From an uncultured Actinomycetes bacterium (lineage in GTDB: Bacteria > Actinomycetota > Thermoleophilia > RBG-16-64-13), in the NCBI GenBank assembly GCA_963706025.1, contig CAVPLM010000005.1:928001-992000 (forward strand): DNA of 64,000 nucleotides, written 5' to 3'. Numbering within the stretch: the first letter of the stretch is position 1; the number at the start of each line of letters is the position of its first letter. The notes beneath the pieces were generated by a model. The model did no database searches and was not told the DNA's origin. It saw only the letters and a list, made by a program, of their open reading frames with translations. Made by a program: the position numbers and the translations under genes. Below, in pieces: positions 1 to 8,447 of the stretch.

Positions 1-664
1 GTCTACCACCTGGCGAATCCGCTTCGCGTGGCCGTGGGGATTCCTGGGCGTGCTCCACACCCCTATCTGGCACAGCCCAACGCCTGAGCGACCGCAACAG
101 TACAACCGTCCCCACAGGTGCGTGTGACCGAACGCACGTACTACGACCTATCCGCGTTCCTCGGCGTACCTGATCGCATCCTCGACCTCCTTAGCCGGGT
201 GCCTCTCGCTCATGACGGCCGCCTGACTGCTGGTGTTGTTATTATACCAACAGTTCTGTGTGACGCAAGAGACGCCCTGGGATTCGGACGTTCTGCCGCA
301 TCGACTGCTGGTGAGTATCGATCAAGGAAGTAACCCCCGTCGACGAGGATGGTCGCCGGCACTGTTCACCCCCGAAGAGACAAACACTCGGGCTCAGCGA
401 CGCCAGATCACGCGGGACGTCTGCTACCAAGGGGCCAGATAACGTGACTGGCTTGACGTGGCTCGAGCGATGGTCGCGGACTCAGAAGAAAGCCACATCG
501 GACCAAAGGTCGAGATCGGCGAATTGGCCGGCACCGTGTGAGAGACGCCCGGGTCGATGGCCGGCGGCATCAAGGCTGACCCGACGGCGCCGACGCGCGC
601 CGAACAGGCGCCGGTAGCAGAATCAGCGCTGTGAAACCAGGAGGTTCCGGAAGGCAGTAGTCAG

Positions 665-973
665 GTGGCCAAAGAGATCATCCTCTACAACCTGGCGCCG
701 CACGTGACCGACGAGGAATTCAAGGAGTACGTCGACACGGAGAAGGGCCCGTATATCGACGGTCTCCCCTCGGTGGAGAAATATGAGCTGGTCAGGATCG
801 ATGACAGCCGCTCGGGCGTGATCCCCTTCAGGTACGTCGGGATCGTGCACCTCAAGAGCTTGGAGGATTTCAAGAACAAGGACACTCAGACCGAGGAATA
901 CAGGGCCTTAACAGCCAAGATGGCTGGCTTGACCTCAGAGATCCACGTGACTTTCGGGGAGGAGATTCACTAG
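665..973 (+). CDS. EthD/HapK(REDY-like) dimeric alpha-beta barrel protein
   Basis: 102 aa; IILYNL..V..EEF.EYV.....P....LPSV..YEL pattern and YVGIVHLKSLEDF, typical of EthD/HapK-like proteins. Confidence 0.55.
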   Translation: MAKEIILYNLAPHVTDEEFKEYVDTEKGPYIDGLPSVEKYELVRIDDSRSGVIPFRYVGIVHLKSLEDFKNKDTQTEEYRALTAKMAGLTSEIHVTFGEEIH

Positions 974-1069
974 GGAGGCCGGAAGGCGAGGCCGGGCGAC
1001 ACGGGGACGGCCGACCGAACCTCATCGGACTCAACCGAGCGGCGTTTCTACGGCGCCCACGGGGGCCGA

Positions 1070-1237
1070 CTACTCCCTCGCTGCGTGGCGGTCGCAGATG
1101 AGCTCCCCTCCGCTTGCCACGCACTCGGGGCTGGTCTCGAGGATGACGACGATCGTCTCCTTGGGAAGCCCGAAGGCTTCCGACGCTGCCTCTGTGAAGT
1201 CCCGGGCCGGCTTGCGCTTTGTGGCCAAGTCGACCGG
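1070..1237 (-). pseudogene. 4-oxalocrotonate tautomerase (DmpI-like) remnant lacking its N-terminus
   Basis: Manual translation PVDLATKRKPARDFTEAASEAFGLPKETIVVILETSPECVASGGELICDRHAARE*; tautomerase pattern (FTEAA..G.PKE.I.V...GGE) but no Met-Pro1 start. Confidence 0.6.
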
Positions 1238-1846
1238 CTACCGAGCCTCGCTCCCCAGGATACTCTCGAGCAGGCGGCGGAAATGGTCCAGCGGTTGGGC
1301 GCCCACCACTCTGGTCCCTCCGGTGAAGATATAGGTGGGAACGCCGGTGATGCCGAGTCCGCGAGCTTCCTCGTAGGCAGCCTCGCGCACGCCCGCGTAC
1401 CGGCCGGCGGCCAGCTCCTTCCGGAGGGCGACGGGGTCGAGACCCAGCTCCACAGCCAGATTGGCCAGCACCTCTGGATCACCGATGTCCTGGGAGCGGG
1501 CGAAGTAGGCGACGAGCGCCGCCCGGTGGAACTCCGGATGCTTGCCTGCATCGCGCGCGAACTCGGCCGCCTCTACCACCAGCCGCGAGTTGGAGAGGAG
1601 CCGGGGCGCTTCGAAGGGAAGGCCGAGTTCGGCGCAGCGCCGGCGCTGGCCCTCCTGGCTCTGCCCGATACCCGGGCCAAACAGGCGTTCGAGCAGCACG
1701 CCCTCGGGCGGCGTCTCGGGGTGGATCTCGTAGCTGACCCACGTGTCTTCCAGGGGGAATTCCTTCTTCAGCGTATCGACAATGCCCGTGCCGATGTAGC
1801 AGTAGGGTCAGATGTAGTCGGAGAAGATGCGCACCGCGATGGCCAC
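1238..1846 (-). CDS. DsbA/FrnE-family thiol-disulfide oxidoreductase, selenoprotein (Sec at codon 13, UPYC motif)
   Basis: GTG at 1846 after a GGGGG purine run; MAIAVRIFSDYI(TGA 1810-1808)PYCYIG...EIHPETP is in frame with ORF 1238-1699 (GITGVPTYIF, GAQP). Confidence 0.9.
1775..1795 (-). promoter_or_regulatory. Candidate bacterial SECIS hairpin
   Basis: ATCGGCA-CGGGCAT-TGTCGAT: 7-bp stem with one G-U pair and a G-containing loop, starting 12 nt after the in-frame UGA. Confidence 0.65.
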
Positions 1847-1903
1847 GTCTCTCACCCCCTTGCGGATAGTCCGTTTCGTCGGTCCTCGCTCAAAGTAGCA
1901 CCT

Positions 1904-1979
1904 AGAACTCATTTCAGAATGAAGTCTCGGCCGCGCCGATCGCACCCTGTCGGCAAAGCGTCATTCTGAAACGAACTCT
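1904..1979. repeat. 76-bp element with 19-bp imperfect terminal inverted repeats (MITE/IS-end-like)
   Basis: AGAACTCATTTCAGAATGA (1904-1922) vs reverse complement of 1961-1979, AGAGTTCGTTTCAGAATGA: 16/19 match. Confidence 0.6.
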
Positions 1980-2758
1980 TGCTCCTCCATAGGGGGCCGG
2001 GGCGAAGTCTTCGCCTCGAGCGGACCGACGCTATCCAGAAGCGAGCCCTCCTCCACGCGGACCCGGCCGGCTTCGACGACCGCGTAGCGGTACCATCCCG
2101 GGGCACCGGTCCACTCCCACTCCCACGCGCAGGGATCGACCATGTAGAAGCCGTCCTCCCGGAGGCGAGCTAGAGGCGGCGTGTGGCCCACCACCTGCGG
2201 GCAGCCGGGCAACGGCCCAAGATAGGAATAGGGCCGGGGCCGAAACCAGAAGAGGCCGTTGTCGGCCAGCATGTCGTGCTCGCGCCAGTCGCGGACCGGG
2301 GGCTCACGCTTTACCAATGCGAGGAAGATCGCGTTCAGGTGGTCCGCCAGGCGGGCCGGATCGGACCCGCATTCCTCCGCGAAGACCCGCTCGTACTCTT
2401 CGGAGACGCCGGCGTGGGTGATGAGCACCCCCTCGATACAGGTGGCCACCTTCCAAGCTCTCGACCATTCGGGGGTCAGCGCCTTCTCCCGGAAGAAGGA
2501 CCGAAAGCCCGGGCTTTCAGCATTCTGGGGATACACCTCGAGATCCAAGAGCGCCGCCACGTCGTGGTTCCCGAAAAGCACCTCGGTGGCGTACGCCTCC
2601 ACCAAGGCGATGCAGCCGGTGGCATCCGGGCCCCGATCGACGAGGTCCCCGGCGTAGACGAAGGCGTCCCGCCCGGGCTCGAAGCCTCCATGGCGAAGGG
2701 CGTTCTGGATGAGCTCCGGGTATCCGTGAGCATCCGCTATGACGAAGGTGCGCATCAC
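1961..2758 (-). CDS. Calcineurin-like metallophosphoesterase
   Basis: DAHG, GDLVDRG, GNHD, THAG and GHT motifs. Confidence 0.9.
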   Translation of the reverse strand: MMRTFVIADAHGYPELIQNALRHGGFEPGRDAFVYAGDLVDRGPDATGCIALVEAYATEVLFGNHDVAALLDLEVYPQNAESPGFRSFFREKALTPEWSRAWKVATCIEGVLITHAGVSEEYERVFAEECGSDPARLADHLNAIFLALVKREPPVRDWREHDMLADNGLFWFRPRPYSYLGPLPGCPQVVGHTPPLARLREDGFYMVDPCAWEWEWTGAPGWYRYAVVEAGRVRVEEGSLLDSVGPLEAKTSPRPPMEEQEFVSE

Positions 2759-2769
2759 TTGACTCTACT

Positions 2770-3063
2770 TCAAGCCGCCTTCCTCGGGAAGACCGATAGC
2801 TGGATGAGTTCCTGCTGCCAGGCGAGACCTGCGCCGGAAACCCGTTCGGTCTCCAGGCGGAGGTCCTGCCCCAGGTCGACACCCGCCTGCTCGTGGACCT
2901 CGGCCTCGAGGATCTCGGCCAGGAGGCGCAGGCTAGCGGCCTCGGGATCGAGCTGCTTGGGCGCGGCTTTGGGTCTGCCGCCCAGCTTGGCGTGCATCAA
3001 AGCCTCGAAGGCGTAGCCCAGGAGCAGCTAGTCCTGGATCTTGGCGAAAGCACCCACCGGCAT
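2770..3063 (-). pseudogene. ARPP-1/DUF6569-like C-terminal fragment with in-frame TAG
   Basis: MPVGAFAKIQD*(TAG 3030-3028)LLLGYAFEAL...GVDLGQDLRL...SGAGL...LIQLSVF resembles the ARPP-1 C-terminus from memory; no N-terminal part upstream. Confidence 0.5.
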
Positions 3064-3174
3064 ACGGTATGCGGTGCCGATCTCACGCAGTCCCAGAGAC
3101 CATTGCGCCCGAGCCCCGCGCGACGGAGAATGGGCCAGTCCTGAACACCGCGACGAAAGCACCTTGAGACGACG

Positions 3175-4707
3175 TTGACCGCTCCAGACGAACTCACCGC
3201 AGCCCGGCAGCGGATCGCAGCGGCTTATGATCCGCGTCTGCTGGAGGATGCCGGCCACCGGCTGGCCGGACTGCTGGCCGAGCACCTAGCTCGGGTCGAG
3301 CGCTCGGAGGGTCCCGTGTTGCCCTGGGCGGAGCCGCCCGAGGGTATCCGAGGGGCGGCGGCGCTCCTGCAGACAGCTGCTCCCCGGGGGCCGGGTGGCG
3401 ACACGGGCCCCACCATCACGGAGGTGGCCGATCACTTCGCTCGCCTCGTGAAGATCATGCTCGAACGGGGGCTGAACCTGCACAACCCCCGATACATCGG
3501 TCACCAAGTCCCTGCGTCCGTGCCGATAGCCGGGTTGTTCGACGCGGTCGGTTCGGTCACCAATCAGTCGACGGCGATCTACGAGATGGGTCCCTGGTCG
3601 ACGGCAGTCGAGCAGGCCATGATCGGGGAACTGGGTGCAGCCATCGGCTGGGCTCCCGGCACCTTCGCCGGGGCCGTCACGCACGGCGGATCCCTCGCCA
3701 ACCTGACGGCCCTGCTGACCGCCCGGAATGTGGCTCTGGGCGACGTGTGGGAACGAGGATTGGCGCGCGAGGGACCGCTGCCGATCCTGCTGGCTCATGC
3801 CGACGCCCACTACAGTGTCGCTCGAGCCGCGGGCATTCTGGGACTGGGCAGCCGGCAGATCGTGCGCGTCGGACTGGACGAGCTGGGGCGCATGGATCCG
3901 CGCCGGTTGGACGAGGAATTGGCTCGCCTGCGCGCGCAGGCCCAGCCGATCGTGGCGGTCGTGGCGTGCGCCTGCGCCACGCCCACCGGGGCTTTCGACC
4001 CGCTGGAAGACATCGCCGACGTCTGCCACCAGCACGGAGTCTGGCTGCACGTCGATGCCGCCCACGGCGGCGCGGCTGTATTGAGCGACCGGCACCGGCA
4101 CCTGGTGGCCGGTTTGGAGCGGGCCGACAGCGTCGTCTTGGACGCCCACAAGATGCTCTTCATGCCCGCCCTCTGCGCGTTCGTGTTCTACCGCGACAAG
4201 AACCACCGTTTCGAGGCGTTCAGTCAGGACGCCCCCTATCTGTTCGACCCGGCCGCGCCCGGCTTGGCCGAATACGACAGCAGCATGAAGACGGTCGAGT
4301 GCACCAAGCGGGCGGCGGCGTTCGGGCTGTGGGGTGTGTGGTCGTTGTTCGGCCGGCAACTGTTCGCCGATATGGTCGACGTGACCTTCGCGCTGGGCCG
4401 CACCCTGTACGAGAAGCTATCTCCGGCGGAGGACTTCGTACCGTTGCACGAGCCGCAATGCAACATCGTGGCCTTCCGGCACATCCCGGCCGAACTGCGC
4501 GACGCCCCCAGCGACCGCTTGGGTGACTTCCAGCTCGAGCTCCGCCGCCGCCTCATCGAGTCGGGCGAGTTCTACATCGTGCCTTTCAAGCGCGACGGTG
4601 TTGGCGCGCTGCGCGTCACGATCATCAACCCGCTCACCACCTCCGCCCACCTCGACCAATTGATGGACGCCCTCCGGCGGCAGGGACGCCAGCTGCTGAA
4701 GAGTTGA
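3175..4707 (+). CDS. Group II PLP-dependent decarboxylase (DABA/aromatic amino acid decarboxylase family)
   Basis: HNPRYIGHQ, GGSLANLTAL, AHYS, WLHVDAAHGG and DAHK (PLP lysine). Confidence 0.92.
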   Translation: MTAPDELTAARQRIAAAYDPRLLEDAGHRLAGLLAEHLARVERSEGPVLPWAEPPEGIRGAAALLQTAAPRGPGGDTGPTITEVADHFARLVKIMLERGLNLHNPRYIGHQVPASVPIAGLFDAVGSVTNQSTAIYEMGPWSTAVEQAMIGELGAAIGWAPGTFAGAVTHGGSLANLTALLTARNVALGDVWERGLAREGPLPILLAHADAHYSVARAAGILGLGSRQIVRVGLDELGRMDPRRLDEELARLRAQAQPIVAVVACACATPTGAFDPLEDIADVCHQHGVWLHVDAAHGGAAVLSDRHRHLVAGLERADSVVLDAHKMLFMPALCAFVFYRDKNHRFEAFSQDAPYLFDPAAPGLAEYDSSMKTVECTKRAAAFGLWGVWSLFGRQLFADMVDVTFALGRTLYEKLSPAEDFVPLHEPQCNIVAFRHIPAELRDAPSDRLGDFQLELRRRLIESGEFYIVPFKRDGVGALRVTIINPLTTSAHLDQLMDALRRQGRQLLKS

Positions 4708-4759
4708 CGGCCCAAGGTCGCCGGGCCTCGGGCTCGCGATCACCGGAACTCGGGTCTGA

Positions 4760-5395
4760 CTAGCGCCTCAGCAGGGCGAAGGCGAAGTCGGGGCCGAGGC
4801 CGCGCACCCGAGCCGCAACGATCCACAGCATCGCCAGTGGCTCGAGATAGCGGGCGCCGGCCAGAGGACCCCAGTCCCACGATTCAAACCCAAGATCCTC
4901 GGCCAACCCGCACACCGCCTGGTTCGCCTCGGGATCGTCACCGCAGACCGGCATCACAGGGCGGAGGTCGCCGTAGCCGGGATAGGCGGAGTCCGTCATG
5001 TTCTCCCAGCCGGTGGAGTTGAAGGCTTTGACCACCCGGGCGCCGGGCAAGGCCTTGGCGATCTCTTCGGCGCCGGACGTGTCGTGACCCACGGTCAGCG
5101 TGAGACCGGGTCCGATAGGATTGGTGCAGTCGACGATGATCTTGCCGTTCAGATCACCGGCCGTCTTCCCAAACTCGAGCGCAGCAGCGTACGGTACCGC
5201 GAGGCAGATCACCTCCGCTCCCGCGACCGCTTGGGGAAGCCCCTGAACCTTCGCTGCAGGATAAGAGAGCCGAAACTCCTGTACCTCGCTCTTGCCCGGG
5301 TCGCGGACACCGAACACCACCTCGTGCCCCCGATCGGCCCAGACCAGCCCCAAGGTGCGCCCGACGGTGCCATACCCTACGACCGCGATTTTCAC
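4760..5395 (-). CDS. NADPH-dependent F420 reductase / F420_oxidored family
   Basis: GYGTVG Rossmann motif, LAVP, DCTNP, VVKAFN, CGDD. Confidence 0.88.
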   Translation of the reverse strand: MKIAVVGYGTVGRTLGLVWADRGHEVVFGVRDPGKSEVQEFRLSYPAAKVQGLPQAVAGAEVICLAVPYAAALEFGKTAGDLNGKIIVDCTNPIGPGLTLTVGHDTSGAEEIAKALPGARVVKAFNSTGWENMTDSAYPGYGDLRPVMPVCGDDPEANQAVCGLAEDLGFESWDWGPLAGARYLEPLAMLWIVAARVRGLGPDFAFALLRR

Positions 5396-5516
5396 TTCTC
5401 GCCTCCTTCTTCAACGTGTTCGAGGTGTTCACCACGCCCCGAGGAATACCGGTGCGCGGACCCCGGACGCGTCCGGTCAGAGGATGATGCTCCCGAACCG
5501 AGAGGACGCCCCCGGC

Positions 5517-6404
5517 CTACCCCACGAGCAGCATCGGCGTCTTCTTGACCAGGTGTATGACGTTCTCCGTCACGCTGCCGAAGACCATTCTGCTGAGACC
5601 GGTGCGCCCCCGAGTCGCCATGGCGATCAACTGGGCCGGGTTGTCTTTGAGGAATGTGATGATCGTTTCGGCAGGATCCCCGGTCAGAATCTCGCTTCGG
5701 GCCTCGAGCCCGGCCTCCCTTATGGATTCCGCGACCCCATCCAGGTAGGCCTTCATTCTGGCCCGGTGCTCTTCTCTCTCCTGCAACGCCGACCGGCTCA
5801 CTGTTATGTAGTCCACGTCTTCAACGTGCAGCAGGACCAACTCTGATTCCTCACCCCTTTGCTTGGCGACTGCGATGGCATGAGGGATCACCGCTTCTGA
5901 CTGCTTGGAACCGCTCAAGGGAATGACCAGGGTCCTCCTGGGTAGCGTATCCAGTATGACTTCTTCACGCAGTTGGGACGGTACCAGCCAGATAGGAGCG
6001 TTCGAAGCATGGATGACTTTGGTGGCGACGCTGCCGAGGTCCCACGATCCGATCCCGGAACTACCATGCGTAGACATCATCACCAGATCTATGTCGTTTT
6101 CATCAACGTATTTGAGTATCTCTTCGGCCGGATGACCTACCACAACGTTACCCTGGGCGCGGATGCACTGCTCTAGAGTTTCATCGCCAGATCTATGTCT
6201 TATTTCCTCTGCTCCAGCGCACATGACTTCGGCCATGTGCTCCATATAGGCTTTCCGCATGGGCAGCTGTTCGGCTTCGTGCGGATCACAGACATGCAGC
6301 AGTTCCAGATCTATGTGCAACCGTCCAGAGAGCTCCTGAGCGTACTTGAGGACCACCTCGGCCAGCTCTGAGCCATCCAGCAAGACCAGCATTGTCTTAT
6401 ACAC
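5517..6404 (-). CDS. Universal stress protein (two tandem USP domains)
   Basis: LVLLDGSELAE...DLVMMSTHG...GSVA; second domain with AMATRGRTG...GSVTE. Confidence 0.92.
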   Translation of the reverse strand: MYKTMLVLLDGSELAEVVLKYAQELSGRLHIDLELLHVCDPHEAEQLPMRKAYMEHMAEVMCAGAEEIRHRSGDETLEQCIRAQGNVVVGHPAEEILKYVDENDIDLVMMSTHGSSGIGSWDLGSVATKVIHASNAPIWLVPSQLREEVILDTLPRRTLVIPLSGSKQSEAVIPHAIAVAKQRGEESELVLLHVEDVDYITVSRSALQEREEHRARMKAYLDGVAESIREAGLEARSEILTGDPAETIITFLKDNPAQLIAMATRGRTGLSRMVFGSVTENVIHLVKKTPMLLVG

Positions 6405-6578
6405 GGCAAGACCTCCCGAGAGTTCTCCTGCTGCAAGCGACGTGAAGCCAGGTACATCGTACAGCTTCTGCCGTCTTGGCAGCAGGCGGTGGATGGACTA
6501 TCGTCGATACGTTGGAGCGCAGCCCGGTGTGGGACCGGCAAAGCCTTGGGAAAGGAGCCCATCGTGGAGCGGAGAGCC

Positions 6579-6959
6579 ATGAACCCGTGGACCTGGCAGG
6601 ACGAGTTCGATTTCTCGCAGGCCATCGAGGTGTCGGAGGGCCGAAGGGTCGTCTACTGCGCGGGCCAGACCTCGGTCGACGCGGACGGGAGACCCCTTCA
6701 TGCGGGAGATATGGAGGCCCAGTTCCACTGCGCGCTCGACAACCTCGAGCGGGTCCTGGGCGAAGCGGGCCTGACCCTGGGCGATCTGGTGCGCCTGAAC
6801 TACTTCGTGACCGACGTCCCCGCCTTCCTCGCGGTTGTGCCCAAAGTCGGGGTCCGTCTGAAGGCGGCCGGCTGCAAACCCGCGTCCATGCTTATCGGGG
6901 TGGCCTGCCTTGCCTGGCCGGAGCTGGTGGTCGAGTTGGAAGCTACGGCGGCGGCTTAG
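6579..6959 (+). CDS. RidA/YjgF family protein
   Basis: FSQA, YCAGQ, ALDNL, PASMLIGV.LA.PEL.VELEA; ATG after GGAGAG. Confidence 0.88.
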   Translation: MNPWTWQDEFDFSQAIEVSEGRRVVYCAGQTSVDADGRPLHAGDMEAQFHCALDNLERVLGEAGLTLGDLVRLNYFVTDVPAFLAVVPKVGVRLKAAGCKPASMLIGVACLAWPELVVELEATAAA

Positions 6960-6984
6960 CTCCGCGGCGCCGGCGGCCGAGCCC

Positions 6985-8289
6985 TCACTCTCCGCCCCTG
7001 CAATCATGGAGCAGCTGGAGGCACACTTTGCTGAGCAGACTCACCCCTATCGCAAGCGATCTCTCGTCGATATCAAACGAAGAGGTGTGATGGCCTCCCG
7101 CCATGTCACTACCGATGATAATGAACGCACCATGGCCACCCGTCTTGGCCACTTCTGCCAGGAACACGTTTCCGTCCTCGGCCACCCTGGACTCTACCCA
7201 GTCTCGTGCCTCTGTCAGTTCCGGTATCCCTTCCGCGCAATCCTTTATGACCTTCGCCAGGGTCTCCGACTGGGATGAGATCGGAGCTCTACCTATCAAT
7301 CGCTGCTCGGCCACGACACCCCATGTTTCCGCAGAGCCTTTGATGACCTGTCGCACTCGGTCGGTGGCATAGTCGTGGATCTCATTCCTGTCGGCCCAAT
7401 ATCCTAGTTCGATGGTCGCCTTGCCGGGAACGATCACCTGGGATTCCCCGGCCTTGAGAACCCCGACATTCAGACTGAACCAACCGTCGCTATGTGCACC
7501 GATACCATGCAGTGCAAGGGAGGCCGAAGCAGCCGCGAGAAGAGCATTCTTTCCACTCTGCGGTTCGTTGCTCGCATGAGATTCGGTTCCAAGGAAATCC
7601 ACTGCATACTTCGAGGTTGCCAAGAAGCCAGAGCGACAAGCAATAGTGCCCGTGGGTAACCCGAGCCCCAGGTGACAGCACACCATGTATCGGACGTCAG
7701 TCATCGCGCCGCGGTCTACGATCGCCTCGGCTCCCCCCATCGTCCCTTCCTCGGCCGGCTGAAAGATCAAGCGGACGGTCGCCTTCAGAGAGTCTCCAAG
7801 ACTCGCAAGAACCGCTGCCAGACCGAGACCGATGGCCAAATGACCGTCGTGCCCGCAGGCATGCATCAGCCCCCTGTTCGCGGAGGCAAAGCCTTGGGCA
7901 GCCGGCAGGTGAGACTGATCGTTCGACTCCTGGATCGGGAGGGCGTCCATGTCGAATCGGAACGCGACAACGGGTCCCGAGAGGGGGCCGATGTCGGCAA
8001 CAACAGCAGTCCCGCCGCTCAGCATGAGTTCCACGAGCCCCTTGTCCATGCCGCCAGCCATGGCCCTCTCGGCCGATTCAGCCACTTTGCTTTCGTCGCG
8101 GTAGTGGATGGCGGCCATGTTCATCGCTTCATCAGCAATCTTGACTCTGAAGCCGCGGCGACGCAGGAAATCAGAGACAATGCCGGCGGTTCTGAACTCA
8201 CCGAACCCGGGCTCGGGAAACCTGTGGAAATCCCTCCGGAGGCTAACGAGGTCCTGAGTGATAAACCCCGCGTTCCCGGCTTGTTCCAT
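6985..8289 (-). CDS. M20 amidohydrolase (AbgA/aminobenzoyl-glutamate hydrolase-like)
   Basis: RRDFHRFPE.GF.E, RFDMDAL, MHACGHDGH, FQPAEEG, HHT..FDIDE; start trimmed to MEQAG after a GGGAGGGG SD. Confidence 0.9.
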   Translation of the reverse strand: MEQAGNAGFITQDLVSLRRDFHRFPEPGFGEFRTAGIVSDFLRRRGFRVKIADEAMNMAAIHYRDESKVAESAERAMAGGMDKGLVELMLSGGTAVVADIGPLSGPVVAFRFDMDALPIQESNDQSHLPAAQGFASANRGLMHACGHDGHLAIGLGLAAVLASLGDSLKATVRLIFQPAEEGTMGGAEAIVDRGAMTDVRYMVCCHLGLGLPTGTIACRSGFLATSKYAVDFLGTESHASNEPQSGKNALLAAASASLALHGIGAHSDGWFSLNVGVLKAGESQVIVPGKATIELGYWADRNEIHDYATDRVRQVIKGSAETWGVVAEQRLIGRAPISSQSETLAKVIKDCAEGIPELTEARDWVESRVAEDGNVFLAEVAKTGGHGAFIIIGSDMAGGHHTSSFDIDERSLAIGVSLLSKVCLQLLHDCRGGE

Positions 8290-8403
8290 GCTGTCCCCTC
8301 CCCTTCTTCTTCGGATCACAGTCGAGCTGCCTTCGTGTCCGAGATGGCTCAAAGAGCAGGCCCTGGACGGCGAGACGTCCATCCAGGCTGCCGATCCGCT
8401 CCG

Positions 8404-8436
8404 CCTACAACTCGTTTCAGAATGAAGCCGCGGCCG
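8404..8436. repeat. Second, one-ended copy of the 1901-1933 element
   Basis: CCTACAACTCGTTTCAGAATGAAGCCGCGGCCG vs CCTAGAACTCATTTCAGAATGAAGTCTCGGCCG: 29/33 identical. Confidence 0.7.
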
Positions 8437-8447
8437 TCTAGAGCCGT

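Noticed and set aside
1-127. Frame-2 peptide ...RIRFAWPWGF... faintly like an IS1380 transposase tail
   Set aside because: Too short, cut by the window edge, and no terminal repeat recognised.
118-620. Short ORFs at 118-442
   Set aside because: No recognisable motifs or SD; coding status cannot be supported.
1238-3030. Pyrrolysine or TAG recoding suggested by two in-frame TAGs
   Set aside because: Both TAGs border decayed fragments. TAG is a true stop in many genes here (for example moaD GG-TAG), and no pyl genes are in the window.
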